64,000 bases of DNA from Gekko japonicus (taxonomy: Eukaryota). The notes beneath the pieces are model-generated. The model saw only the letters and a program-made list of their open reading frames with translations. It did no database searches and was not told where the DNA came from. This document shows, one piece after another, positions 47,831 through 58,906 of this stretch. Made by a program: the position numbers and the translations under genes. Within the stretch, counting starts at the first letter, position 1. Each line of letters opens with the position of its first letter. Location of the stretch: positions 1 to 64,000 of the forward strand of contig NW_015170393.1 in assembly GCF_001447785.1 (NCBI RefSeq). The letters run 5' to 3'.

Positions 47831-49985
47831 ACTTGGAATCCAACTGTGGCATCAGATTTAAAGGTGCCCTGAATAAATCTATCCCCATGGTTTGAATGTA
47901 ACTCATTCATAGGGAAAAAACCCCCCAAAGAATGATCTGTTCCCCAAGGGAAGTTGTAAGAACTGGATTATTAGGTGTGACCTATCCCATGGACATGACA
48001 CAACAAGTGGCTCTTTCAGATACAGTGGGGAAAGGACCTTGTCTTTAAACTGGAGGTTTCAATCTCAGTGTCAAGACACATGAAACCGAGAACCAGAATG
48101 AATGATGACTGAATCAGTTCCAGTAGTGTCAGGTGTGTGAATGCGGGTCCAGAAGACAGAAAAAAATAGCAGATGGAATCATGGGAACTTAGCACATGAA
48201 GAAACAAAACCCAAACTGATGGGTTAAACTAGGGCTTCATTAATGGCTGATCCAGTAATAAATTAATCCTTAACTCCTCTTTTCAGTGCAGTGAACCCTA
48301 GCTAATAGCATCCTTCCTGTCTGTACAGGGCTGATCATCCCAATCCTGACTCAGATTTCAGGACTGCTGTATTACTCGCCCCTTTCCCACATGATATGCA
48401 CAATAATATATGTGCCAAGTGTGGCTTTACCTTATCCTCCGCTTTGAACTTCCAATGATACTTCAAGCCCCAAGGGTTATCCTCACTGTTCCTGCTAGAT
48501 GGAGAAGTTGGCTTGGTTACCCTTGGTATGCTTGCCATTTGACCTTATGTTGTTGGCCAAAACCTGCACTGCTTCTTCCAGTAGTACTAGATGGGGACCT
48601 AACCAGGACCTAACATGGCCAGGCCTATTTGAAATACCCTTATCTCCAGCTATGAGAACTATGAGGAACAGGCAAAGGGAAGCCACTGCCTATGACAATC
48701 TGAGTTGACCACAATTCCTTCTTTGGTCCCGAAGTCACCTGTGAATCCCTCATTTCCAGCTTTGTGGAGATGGGGCTGAAACAATGGCAAGCATCTGTTT
48801 CAGAGGTTCCAAAGTTGCATGACAGGGAACTGCTCTCTATCATCTGGAGATCACTTGAAATTCCAGAAGATCTCCAGGCTTTACATGGAAGTTGGCAATT
48901 CTAGAAAGGGAAAACGATGTCCCTTGCATTGCTTTAAAAAAAGTAGTATCTTGGTCTCAAATACAGGGTTATGGATATAGGCAGTGTGGCTCAGAATATT
49001 ACGATCTTTGTTGCCTCAGGCCCAATCTCCCAATCTGCTCTAGGAAAAGGATCTCATCCCGAGTTCTTTAGTTTCAATCTCTACCCACTGCACCCTTAAC
49101 CACAAGGTTAGGCCCTGATGTAGCTAAACTCCCACTGTGCCTGTTTGAGAAGATGGAAGTTTGCCCTTACTCCTGGCCAGGAAAATCTTCTTCCTTGTCC
49201 CTAGGAGGAGGACCTAGGGTTACTAACCTCCAGGTAGGGCTTGAAGATCTCCCAGAATAACTGATCTCTGGATTACAGGGATCAGTTCCCATGGAGAAAA
49301 GGGGTGGGGGGCTGTAAGGACAGTATACCGCACTGAGGTGCCTCCTCTTCTCAAACCCTGCCCTTGCCAGACTCCAACCCCCAAACTCTAGGTATTTCCC
49401 AAAGGTGAATTGATGAACCTAGGAGGACCTGATATTCTTAGCTCATGAAGACTCCAAGCCTTGCTGACTAACCTTCTCCCAGGCTTTCTACCCTATTTCA
49501 TCTAATTAGCCCTCCTCTCTCCAGTTCTCTCTGCTTCCACCTTCTAACCTCCTCCTCCTTGCCCCAGCTACTTCCTGACTCTCTTACCTACTCCAGAGCA
49601 GGACTTTACTCCTAATTAGCTCTTGACTCCCAAGTGGGCAAGTATGTATAGGTATGCATGTGCCATTCAAGCCACAGCTGACTTATGATGACCTCAGCAA
49701 GAAGCAGTGGTGGTTTCTCATTGCCTTCCTCTGCAGTCTTCCTTGGTGGCCTCTTCCAGATATTGACCCAGCTTCCAAAATCTGATGAGATTGAGCTATA
49801 CAATACCATTCCACACCCCCAAGTAGGCTACTACCAGTTGTGAGTAGCTCTTCCTGTTCCTGACCTCTGGGGCCCTGACTCCACTCTCCTTCCTCTTTGC
49901 TTCTGAGCTGCCACTGAAGGGATTCCTTTCCCCCCCGTCCTACCCCCACACAGACAACTTTGGGGGTGTTCTATGGTATGACACC

Positions 49986-50294
49986 TGTAATGTACCGATC
50001 TCCGACCGTGTGTGACACAAAGGCTCCATGCGGTCAGGCTAAACCTCTGAGCTTCGCCCCGAGAAACAATGGACTAGAGGATCCTAGCCCATACCAATTG
50101 GAGGGCTAGGCTCCCAGCTGAGAGCCCATGAAACTCTCGGCCACTGTAAATAGCCAATGACTCGAGTGGGGTGTGTTTTGGGTGTGGAGTTTGCAGGGGA
50201 TATAAACCGGCCTGCGGGCCGGTTTAAGTCATCTTGTTCTTGAGAAAATAAAGGCTTAGAGCTGAAATCATGAAGTATGTCTAAGGACTTTTCA
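49986..50294 (+). mobile_element. Solo LTR (309 bp)
   Basis: TG...CA termini, perfect 5-bp TSD ACACC, and CCAAT (about 50154), GATATAAA (about 50199), AATAAA (about 50247) in order. Confidence 0.87.
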
Positions 50295-51036
50295 ACACCC
50301 ATGAGCAAAACCACCACTCTTCAATGTAGTCTGACTCCCCATTCTCACTCCTGTTCCGTTGAATGTATTTGAAACCAAATGATGGGTTTCAAATGAAATC
50401 GATTTTGGTTCATTTTTGCAACTGAGGGAACTATTTCCTATTTGCAAAATGGATGAAGTGAGGTCGTTTTTGCCACTGTCACCTACCCAGAGATTTATTT
50501 TTATTGGTGGAAACTGTTATCCCATACTTTAAAGAAAATATCCCGGTTCTTCAGTCCTACAGGAAAAAATAAGTTTATCTTTGAAGTTTGGCAATATTAA
50601 GAGAGTATTGATCAGTTAAACAAATATCCTAAAGCACATGAATTCAGGTGTCTACAAAAGCTCCCAGAACAAGAATCTTGATACAAGAGAAAACCAAAAT
50701 GAAATAGGAAATGTCCTGTACATAGAGAAAAGACAACCCTTCTCAATAGCAAAGCCTGAATTATATAACTGAAAACATCAAGGAGTTGTGTATTTGAACT
50801 TAGGAAAACTATGGATGCTTTGTAGGTTCAGATACTCATCTGTGTACACATATAAATGCTGTCAGATCAAGGCAAGTGATCAAACAGAGATGGTTTCCCA
50901 TTGCTCTCCTCTGCAGAGTTTTTCTTAGTAGTCTCCCATGCAAGTACTGGCCCTGCTTAGCTTCCGAGCTCTGATGAGATTGGACTATACCATAACAATC
51001 CTCATCCCAGAAACTCTAGATCAAGATAATATGTCT

Positions 51037-51981
51037 TTACAGTTCTCTCTGTCCTTTTCTTCTTAAGACTTTCTGTAATGCTTCTTTAACTTCCATGTTC
51101 CTGATGGTGTATATGAAAGGGTTCAGCATTGGAATGACCACAGTGTTCAGCAAAGAGACAGCTTTGTTGAGGCTGAAAGAGGAGTGTGCAATGCTAGGTC
51201 TTAAATAAATGAACAGGACAGCTCCATAGTATATGCTGACCACAGTCAGGTGAGAGGTACAGGTGGAGAAGGCCTTCTTCTGACCACTGGTGGAGGGGAT
51301 ACGGAGAATTGTGGAGATGATGAAGATATAAGAGATCACTGTCAGAAGCAGAGAGGTCAGTATCACAGCCACAGCCACCAGGAAATTCAAAACCTCAATC
51401 AGCTGTGTTTCTCCACCTGCAATTTTCAACAGTGGTCCTACATCACAGTAGAAATGGTTGATGGTGTCAGAGTCACAAAAGGGAAGTGTTGCCACCATTA
51501 TCACTTGGGAAATTATAGAGAAAAATCCTCCTGTCCAGGAGGCCACTGCAAGCTGAAGGCAGAGACTGGAATTCATGATGGTTGTATATCGCAGGGGCTG
51601 GCAGATGGCTAAGTACCTGTCGAAGGATATGACAGTCAGGATGAAAAATTCGGTCACACCGAAGAAGAAGAAATTGAACATTTGCACCATGCAGCAGTAG
51701 AAGCAGATGGTGGACTTATCCAAAAGAAGATTGACTAACATCTTGGGGACAATAGCCGTGGTGTGTCCCATCCCAAGGCAAGAGAGGTTGCTAAGGAAGA
51801 AATACATTGGCTTCTGGAGCTGGTGATCAGCTCTCACTATCACAATGATGAGACCATTTCCTGTAATCGTAAAAATGTAGAATACAAGGATAAACACAAA
51901 CAAAACAATATTAATTCCACCAATGTGTGGAAATCCAAGAAGAACGAACTCTTCCACCCTTGAACAGTTGCTCAGAGCCAT
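51037..51981 (-). CDS. Olfactory receptor, family 6, OR6X1-like (paralogue 3), open 314 aa with some motif decay
   Basis: OR motifs present (PMYFFLSNLS, SFDRYLAICQPLRY, KAFSTCTSHL, PMLNPFIYTIRN). TM2 reads LSCLGMGH against LSFLEMWY in the paralogues. Confidence 0.93.
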   Translation of the reverse strand: MALSNCSRVEEFVLLGFPHIGGINIVLFVFILVFYIFTITGNGLIIVIVRADHQLQKPMYFFLSNLSCLGMGHTTAIVPKMLVNLLLDKSTICFYCCMVQMFNFFFFGVTEFFILTVISFDRYLAICQPLRYTTIMNSSLCLQLAVASWTGGFFSIISQVIMVATLPFCDSDTINHFYCDVGPLLKIAGGETQLIEVLNFLVAVAVILTSLLLTVISYIFIISTILRIPSTSGQKKAFSTCTSHLTVVSIYYGAVLFIYLRPSIAHSSFSLNKAVSLLNTVVIPMLNPFIYTIRNMEVKEALQKVLRRKGQREL

Positions 51982-53708
51982 AACTTGGTTCTCACGTCCA
52001 TAAGAGAAATAATGGGAGAATGTCTTTCCTCAAATACATTCAGAAGTTCTATGTATATTCAAAGTTAATAGCAGAAAACAAATTATTATTGTTTATCCCC
52101 CCCACACACACAATATTTCCTTTGTTGCATAGATGGGCTAAAAGAAGATAACGAAAATCATCTCCTGGAGATAACCGGCTTGGCAGATCTGGCTTTAGAT
52201 ATGGTCTGTAACTGAGATGCGGTGTATTCATACAATTCTATGATTATGGATTCTCTCATGACAGTATTCAAGACATCTTTGCATATATGAATGGAGCACA
52301 TTAATTTGGGGGAACCAAGCTGAAAGAGTAGAATATTTGATAGATGGATGAGAAAGAGAGAAGGGATGGTGGTGTGAGAATGGAGAAGAAGAGAAAAAAA
52401 GTTTACTCCTAGAAAAGACAACAGGATGGTTGTAGGTAGATACAGACTAATATAGGGAGGCAGAGGTTGTATGGGTGTGACATGACAAACAGGACTCGCT
52501 GGTTAGTTACAAGAACAGAAATAAAATGAGTGTGGAGAACTGAAAAGGTGTACGTGATGTACGGATAGAGAAAGGTAATGAAAGGCGGACAAGGAATCAT
52601 CAACAGATAGCATGCCAAACAGAATATTTTTCTTGGTGTTATCTTTCCTTATTTCTTCATCAGTTGCCATGAGTAGGGGGGGGGGGAGAAGAAACTATCA
52701 GTGCACTGAATGAAACAATGCTACTCTTTTTTGAAAAATAATACACAATCATGAGAAGTAAAGACTCTCTGTAGAAGACAATAATGCTAGGAGAAGCTGA
52801 AGGCAGGAGGAAAAGAGGAAGAATATTGATTCTTGACCCAATCAAGGGAGCCTTGGCCTTCGGTTTGCAGGACCCGAGCATGACTGTTAATGCCAGGACA
52901 TTTTGGAGGTCATTGATAGGACTGTCATGTCAGAAGTGGTTCAGTGGAATCTCACAGACAGTAAAAAAAGATATACCTTTTCAGCATCCATAAAGGCTTT
53001 GAAAATAAACATTGTATAGATAAGCAGACAGAGGTGGACAATCCAAGACAAAGACAGATAGACAACATCCACCAGTGGTTCTTCAAATAATAGGACAACA
53101 TAGACAGATAGGCAAAGGAAAGGATCAGGTAACTGACTGCTCAAAATAACACTAGGCACCTGCTGCACCACTTCAATGTGAAAAGAGTCAAGAGGGCTCA
53201 CAGATATCTTCATGAGTTCATCGCTGAAACCATCTGTGTCCTTCAGCTTTCCAGGAAAGATGTGACTCTTCAAATAGTTGCTCTCTTCCTGGTGGATGGA
53301 GCCATCACAGTATGCCCAAAATGCAAGGTTCAGCCCAGGACTGGAAAGCTAAACTCATCTTTAAATAGATGTAAACTCAAATTCTGAAGTAGTATGTTAC
53401 TGCATAACCAAAGCCTACGTGTTTTTCAAAGTATCCTGTAAATCGACCCAACTTTTTTCTGCTTAACCAGTTTGTGTGCCTCTTTCTCTCCCTCTCAGTA
53501 TCCCGCAGTGGGCAGAGATTCCTACTGTCTGGTCCTACAAAGAATGGCTGGCAAAATAAAATAAATATTTGCAGCACCCCAGGGAGAGGTATTCTCTGCA
53601 GTTTTCCTTTATCTGCATTGCTTGGGCCTCTCTACTAATGATTTCATTTTTCAGAAATGCCCTGGAGGTTGGGCCAGCTACCTTCTAATTGATTAGTTTC
53701 TGTGTCTA

Positions 53709-54035
53709 TTGGACTGCAAGGAGATCAAATCAGTCAATCCTAAAAGAAATCAACCCTGACTGTTCCCTGGAAGGCCAGATCCTAAAGTTGAAGCTCAAAT
53801 ACTTTGGCCTCCAAATGAGAAGGGAGCACTCACTAGAGAAGACCCTAATGCTGGGAAAGATTGAAGGTCAAATAAGAAGGGGATGGCAAAGGATGAGATG
53901 GTTAGACAGTGTCATCGATGCGACGAACATAAAATTGAGCAAGCTTCAGAGGACAGCGGAAGACAGGAGGGCCTGGCGTGATCTGGTCCATGGGGTCGCA
54001 AAGAGTCAGACTCGACTGTGCGACTGAACAACAAA
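53709..54035 (+). mobile_element. RTE-BovB LINE 3' fragment. A short reverse fragment lies at 46967-47040
   Basis: WTARRSNQSILKEINPDCSLEG..LKLKLKYFG...LEKTLMLGKIEG..RRG.QRMRWLD...W..LVHGVAKS.TRL, with a CAA tail. Confidence 0.95.
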
Positions 54036-56445
54036 AATCACATACATCTGAATAACTGAGCTCTGACTTAGGAAAGCTAATGCTAGAATAGATGTTGCTA
54101 GTCTTTAAGGAGCCAGTAGGCTTTGGTTTTATTTTTTTGCAAATAGACCAGGACAACTTGACCTCTGGGGTTAATCTCCCTATCTAGTGGTGACTAGAAA
54201 GCCAGTGTGGTAGAGTGTTGGACAAGGAACAGGGAGTCTCAGGTTCAATTCCTCACAATGCCATGGGAGCTTGTTGGGTGACCTCAGCCAAACCATCTTG
54301 ATGGGGTTGTTGTGATGATAAAATGGAGGAATTATGTCAGCTGCTTTGGGGGAAGGGGGGGAGTAAATAAACAGAGGTATGTGCTCCTCAGTCCTGCAAC
54401 AATTAAGTTGTAAAATGAAATGACAATGAATAGCATATTGGTGAAAAGTGTTCTCCAAATTTGATTTCATTTTTCAGAAATGCCCTGGAAGTTGGCTCAT
54501 CTACCATCTAATGCAGCCATCATTGTGTCAAACATGCGGCCCAGAGGCCATATCAGCCCCCCAGAGAGCTTCCATCATGCCCACAGTGGAACTGGCCATC
54601 TCCTACTTCCAGGTCTGCTGCTGCTGCATCATAGCTTGCTTTTCCAGACTCTCTTAAAGCACTCAGCCATTTCATGTGTTAACCTGGGTCCTAGACTCAG
54701 AACTCTGAGCATGAGGTTTCTGTGGTGAATGTCAAAAGGTGGGGAATGATTCCCTGATTAATGTCAGGAAGGAACATTAAATGTTTGAATGTTTGATTGG
54801 TTCATCTTGGTATCCTGAGGGATGGAGCAGGAAGGACAGTTGTGGAGGCAAAGTATTTCCTCATAGACATAGGTATCACACAAAAGGGCTAGGTCCAGTT
54901 CTGGAGACAGAAGGGCTATTTGCCAGGTGGCTACTGAATAGCTTTTAGAAATGCAGATACTGTAGCTGCTGGAACTCAGCATGGTTTCATATGCATACCT
55001 TGCTGGGTGGAGGGGGAAGACTGGAGATTGCTTTGAGGGCTACCTTGTGCAACCTGAAATTGAAACCCTTTTGCACAGCTGTGGCTAGCTCTATGTTTCA
55101 GGCCAAGAGTGCCTTTCTTGGTCTGAGTTTGTGGGTCTCTAGTTCAGGTCAGAAGAGGAGTACCCCATTATTTAGGGGTGCCCATGGAAAGGCAGCACCT
55201 CTGGGCTATAGTTGGTCCAGGGCAATGGAATGGCCCCTATATTACTGAATTAGATGGCCCACTGGTCTGTTCCAGCAAGGCTCTTTGTATGTTCTTATGA
55301 TGGGTCAGGGTCTTGGGAGGGGCAATCCTGTGTTATCCAAACAGACAGAAGATGTAATCCTTGATTCACATCAGTTTAATTTATAGTTAGATCGAATTTT
55401 TCATTAGGTTTACAGACTGTCCCCCAACAAACACAGTGGAGAGCTTCATTAGATGGACATGTCAACTGGGAGTGAGCATCATTTTCTTCAAAGTGTTGCA
55501 GCTCCCCCTTGTGGTTATGTGCTGAAATTACTGAGGAGACAAATGAAGCTAACACCGAGTGAGGGCAATGCTGATGTGAATCCGGACTGATGGGCCAGAA
55601 AAGCAGATACTTTGATTTCTTGACAAAAAGTAATTCCTATAAAGGAAGTTAAACTGAGAGTAAGTGGAAGACCCACCACGGGGCAGGACCATGGCTGTGT
55701 GAGAAAACGCCAGCCTTGCATGCAGAAGGTCCCGTGGCAACTCCAGTTAAAAGGGATCATGCAGTGGGTGATACAAAAAACTTCTGCTTGAGACCCTGGA
55801 GAGCTGCTGTCAGTCTTAGTAGACAGTGCTGACTTAGATAGACCACTGTTCTGACTCTATATATGGAAGCTTCATGTGTGTTTAAAGAGCTTTGTGACAG
55901 GGTTCTGATTTGAACTCAGGTCTCCCAAGCTCGAGTCCAACACTCTAACCAGTATAGTACATTGGCTCCCAAGAGCCTGAATAGGGAAACCTGGGATGCC
56001 TCTATTGTGTGATCCTTTCCCCTCAGATAGGGGAAGGTTCCTGTCCCCTTCTCTACCTTGCCATGTAAGTGCTGCAATGACATTGTCCTTCAGCCTGATC
56101 TACCAAACTTGGGTTTCGTGATGATTTTTAAAAGGGCAATCCCATGCACAGGCAATGTAAAGAAATAGTGGGATCTAACTTGCTTATTTGATAGGCGGTG
56201 GTTCTTTCGTTTCTATATGAATTTTTAAACCACAGACTACAGTCGGTCATACCTTGATCTCTGCTGCCACCAAGTGGCCACTTCTTTCTTCTAGGGCAAA
56301 GTTTGACTCAGCACAAGCAGCTATGCCAGTCTTTTCTTTTGTTTTCCTGCTTCTGCCAAAGCTCTAGTGCAAGTTGAAAATCTGCTCTGGATCCAACCCA
56401 TTGGCTACAACCCATTTTGATTTTTTTTAAAAAAAATTTTTATTT

Positions 56446-56559
56446 TGGGTCTCTACACGCACACTTAGGAATTTTTATTATGATTTATTTTTGCAGGAGG
56501 GAGATATCTGCCTCCTGCAAAAATAATAATTAATAAAAATACTAAGTCTATACAGGCCC
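56446..56559. mobile_element. Short palindromic MITE-like remnant
   Basis: Near-perfect palindrome centred on GATATC (TATTTTTGCAGGAGG...CCTCCTGCAAAAATA), extending imperfectly to GGGTCT.../...AGGCCC. Confidence 0.6.
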
Positions 56560-56790
56560 AGAAAAGACCAGGAGAACAGCTGGAAATTCTAGCAGAGAGT
56601 TGAAAGTTAAGGCTGTTCAGGTGGTTAGCTTACATATCTACAACAAACTGTGTTACGTCATGATCCTAAACAGACTGGCACTTTTCTAAGCCCACTGAAG
56701 TCAGTAGGCTTAGAAGGGTGTAACTCTCTTGAGGACTGCAGTTAGTGTAACACTGTCAGCCTTTAAGAATTAGATGCCCCTAATACTTAT

Positions 56791-57138
56791 TGAGCTGTGG
56801 TGGCTCAAGTGGTTAAGACGCTGAACTGCAGGCTGTGGAAGGTCAGTTGTTCAGCAGTTCGAGACCCAAGTGCCGCATGACGGAGTGAACTCCTGTCTCT
56901 AGTTCCAGCTCCTGCCAACCTAGCCATTCGAAAGCAAGAAATTGCAAGTAGATAAATAGGTACCACTTTGGTGGGAAGGTAACAGCGTTCCGTGTGCCTT
57001 GGTGTTTAGTCATGCGGGCCACATGACCACGGAAACGTCTTCGGACAGCGCTGGCTCTTTGGCTTTGAAACGGAGATGAGCACCGCAACCCTAGAGTCGG
57101 ACTCGACTGGCTTTCGAGCAAGGGAACCTTTACCTTTT
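56791..57138 (+). mobile_element. Sauria SINE, full length
   Basis: Matches the other copies. TSD TAATACTTAT. Confidence 0.93.
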
Positions 57139-57826
57139 TAATACTTATCAAAATTTGGGGTACATATGGGAAAGTCCTGCTTCTATGAAATGTCTGTCCA
57201 AATATTCATGTAAGTTGACACAGTTCAATAAAATATATAAATGAAACATAGTATGGTGAGCAAGTCATGAAGTATTGTTCTGGATGTCTCTGGCCAGGCC
57301 TAGTTTAAGTATAAATGTGCGACTTAAAAAGCCCTAGGCATCTAGGTAGCTTTCCTATACTGGATAATTTCAATGCTGGCTAAAATGATGACGTTTTAGG
57401 TTTGTTACAGGTACAGTGCACAAGTGAATACTGCTACAGAATCATGGCTTCTGTTTTAAGCTTTTATTAAAGCACAGCTATTCAGCAATCGTAACATTGG
57501 CTAAATCAACAGAAAATTACACTACACATCACTGTTACATAGATAACTGAAGGAGAGCAATTGCATGAGTCCATAAAAGTCTCTTACCCCAAAGGTGTCA
57601 CAAGCAAGGAGCCCTGTCTGGGAAGAAGCAGCTCTTGGTCAATGTCCCATATTTAATTTTTTTAAAAATAATCTCTTAACAATAACTAACTGTCCCATTT
57701 GATAAGGGCACTTGGCTAACTGACTATGTCATAATTTCAAACACCATAGAAGATCTATCATTGGAATGTCTTCTTAAAATATACAAAAACTGGTAGCTCA
57801 TTCTTGCTACTCGTTATCTTAACAGA

Positions 57827-58339
57827 GGCTGTGGTCACACAGAGCATTTGCCGTGCTGACGATACAGATGGTAGGTGGATTTTCTGGGCGCGATCACATT
57901 GCAACATCTGGGAAGCGTAGAGCTCCCGTGGCTAACCCGAGGCTTCCCGCCGAAGATGTGGAGTAAAAAACTAGTACATCCGAGGTACTAGTTTCCGGAA
58001 ACCGCAGGGCAAGGGCGGGCATCTGTTTGCATTTCTGGTGGGCTTACGTGGCATCCGGCGCCCGCCGCTGTTCATCGCACACAAGGGGGAGGTTGTCTCC
58101 CAAGTCTCCACAGGTTGCGCAACAGCGCCCAACAGCGCATGCGCACAAAGAGCGATTGCTAGTGCGATTGCACAGTGTGACTTCTGTGCCACGCTGCAGG
58201 ATACCCGTCTGGTCGGCATCTCCCCCCTAACCACGGGACCTCGACCGGGATGTGTGCTCAGGCAGCCGTGCGTTAGTTTCCTCTGGGGCAATTAGCCACA
58301 CCTCCCCCCCCGCAATATCCAGCCCGTGTGACCGGGGCC
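57827..58339. mobile_element. PIF/Harbinger-like MITE, copy F (inverted relative to copy E)
   Basis: Reverse-complement near-copy of 38629-39147. Confidence 0.85.
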
Positions 58340-58591
58340 AGGGTCTATTTTAAAAAATACTGTTTACACGTTTCTCATACATATGAATACCTTTTGGCCC
58401 TCAACCAATACACACCATCTTTGAACCATATCTTCATTTCTGTGAAGTTGAATAACCATAGTCAGATATTTCTTCACACAGGCCTCAAAATAAATGGTTT
58501 TAATATGGTTTAGGCACCTTCTAATCTACACAAGGCCATATAATTGTATTTCTTGTTCCTTCTCCAATGCTATTCTACTCTGGGTCTTTTA

Positions 58592-58681
58592 GAGAGCAAC
58601 CCTAAGCAGGTCTACTCAGCATTCTACTACAGTCTATTCAATGGGGCTTACTCTCAGGAAAGTGTCCTTAGGATTTCACTG
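58592..58681. mobile_element. Short old palindromic MITE (CAATCCTAAG...TTAGGATTG type). Relatives at about 12885-12970, 56660-56740, 62135-62180, 63050-63130
   Basis: Inverted ends and a shared TTCAATGGG/GAAGTCAATG core. Confidence 0.55.
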
Positions 58682-58906
58682 TAAATTCTCTTTTGGGGCA
58701 TGTTTAGCTGGGAGGCCAGGATAGCTCTGTTTCTGTGTACAGAAACACCTACTATGGTTTTATCTGGCCAGTCTAACAACTGTTCTACTATATTCCTGGC
58801 CATACATATCCATAATACTTATCCATACTACATATTGCATACTAAGTCTTTTCAATCCTACTTATTTAGGTTTCTGGAACAGTAAGTCTGAAGAAGTGAT
58901 ATAGGT

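Noticed and set aside
53689-54027. BovB as evidence of new horizontal transfer or ruminant contamination
   Set aside because: BovB is a well-known resident of squamate genomes and is embedded here among lizard-type repeats.
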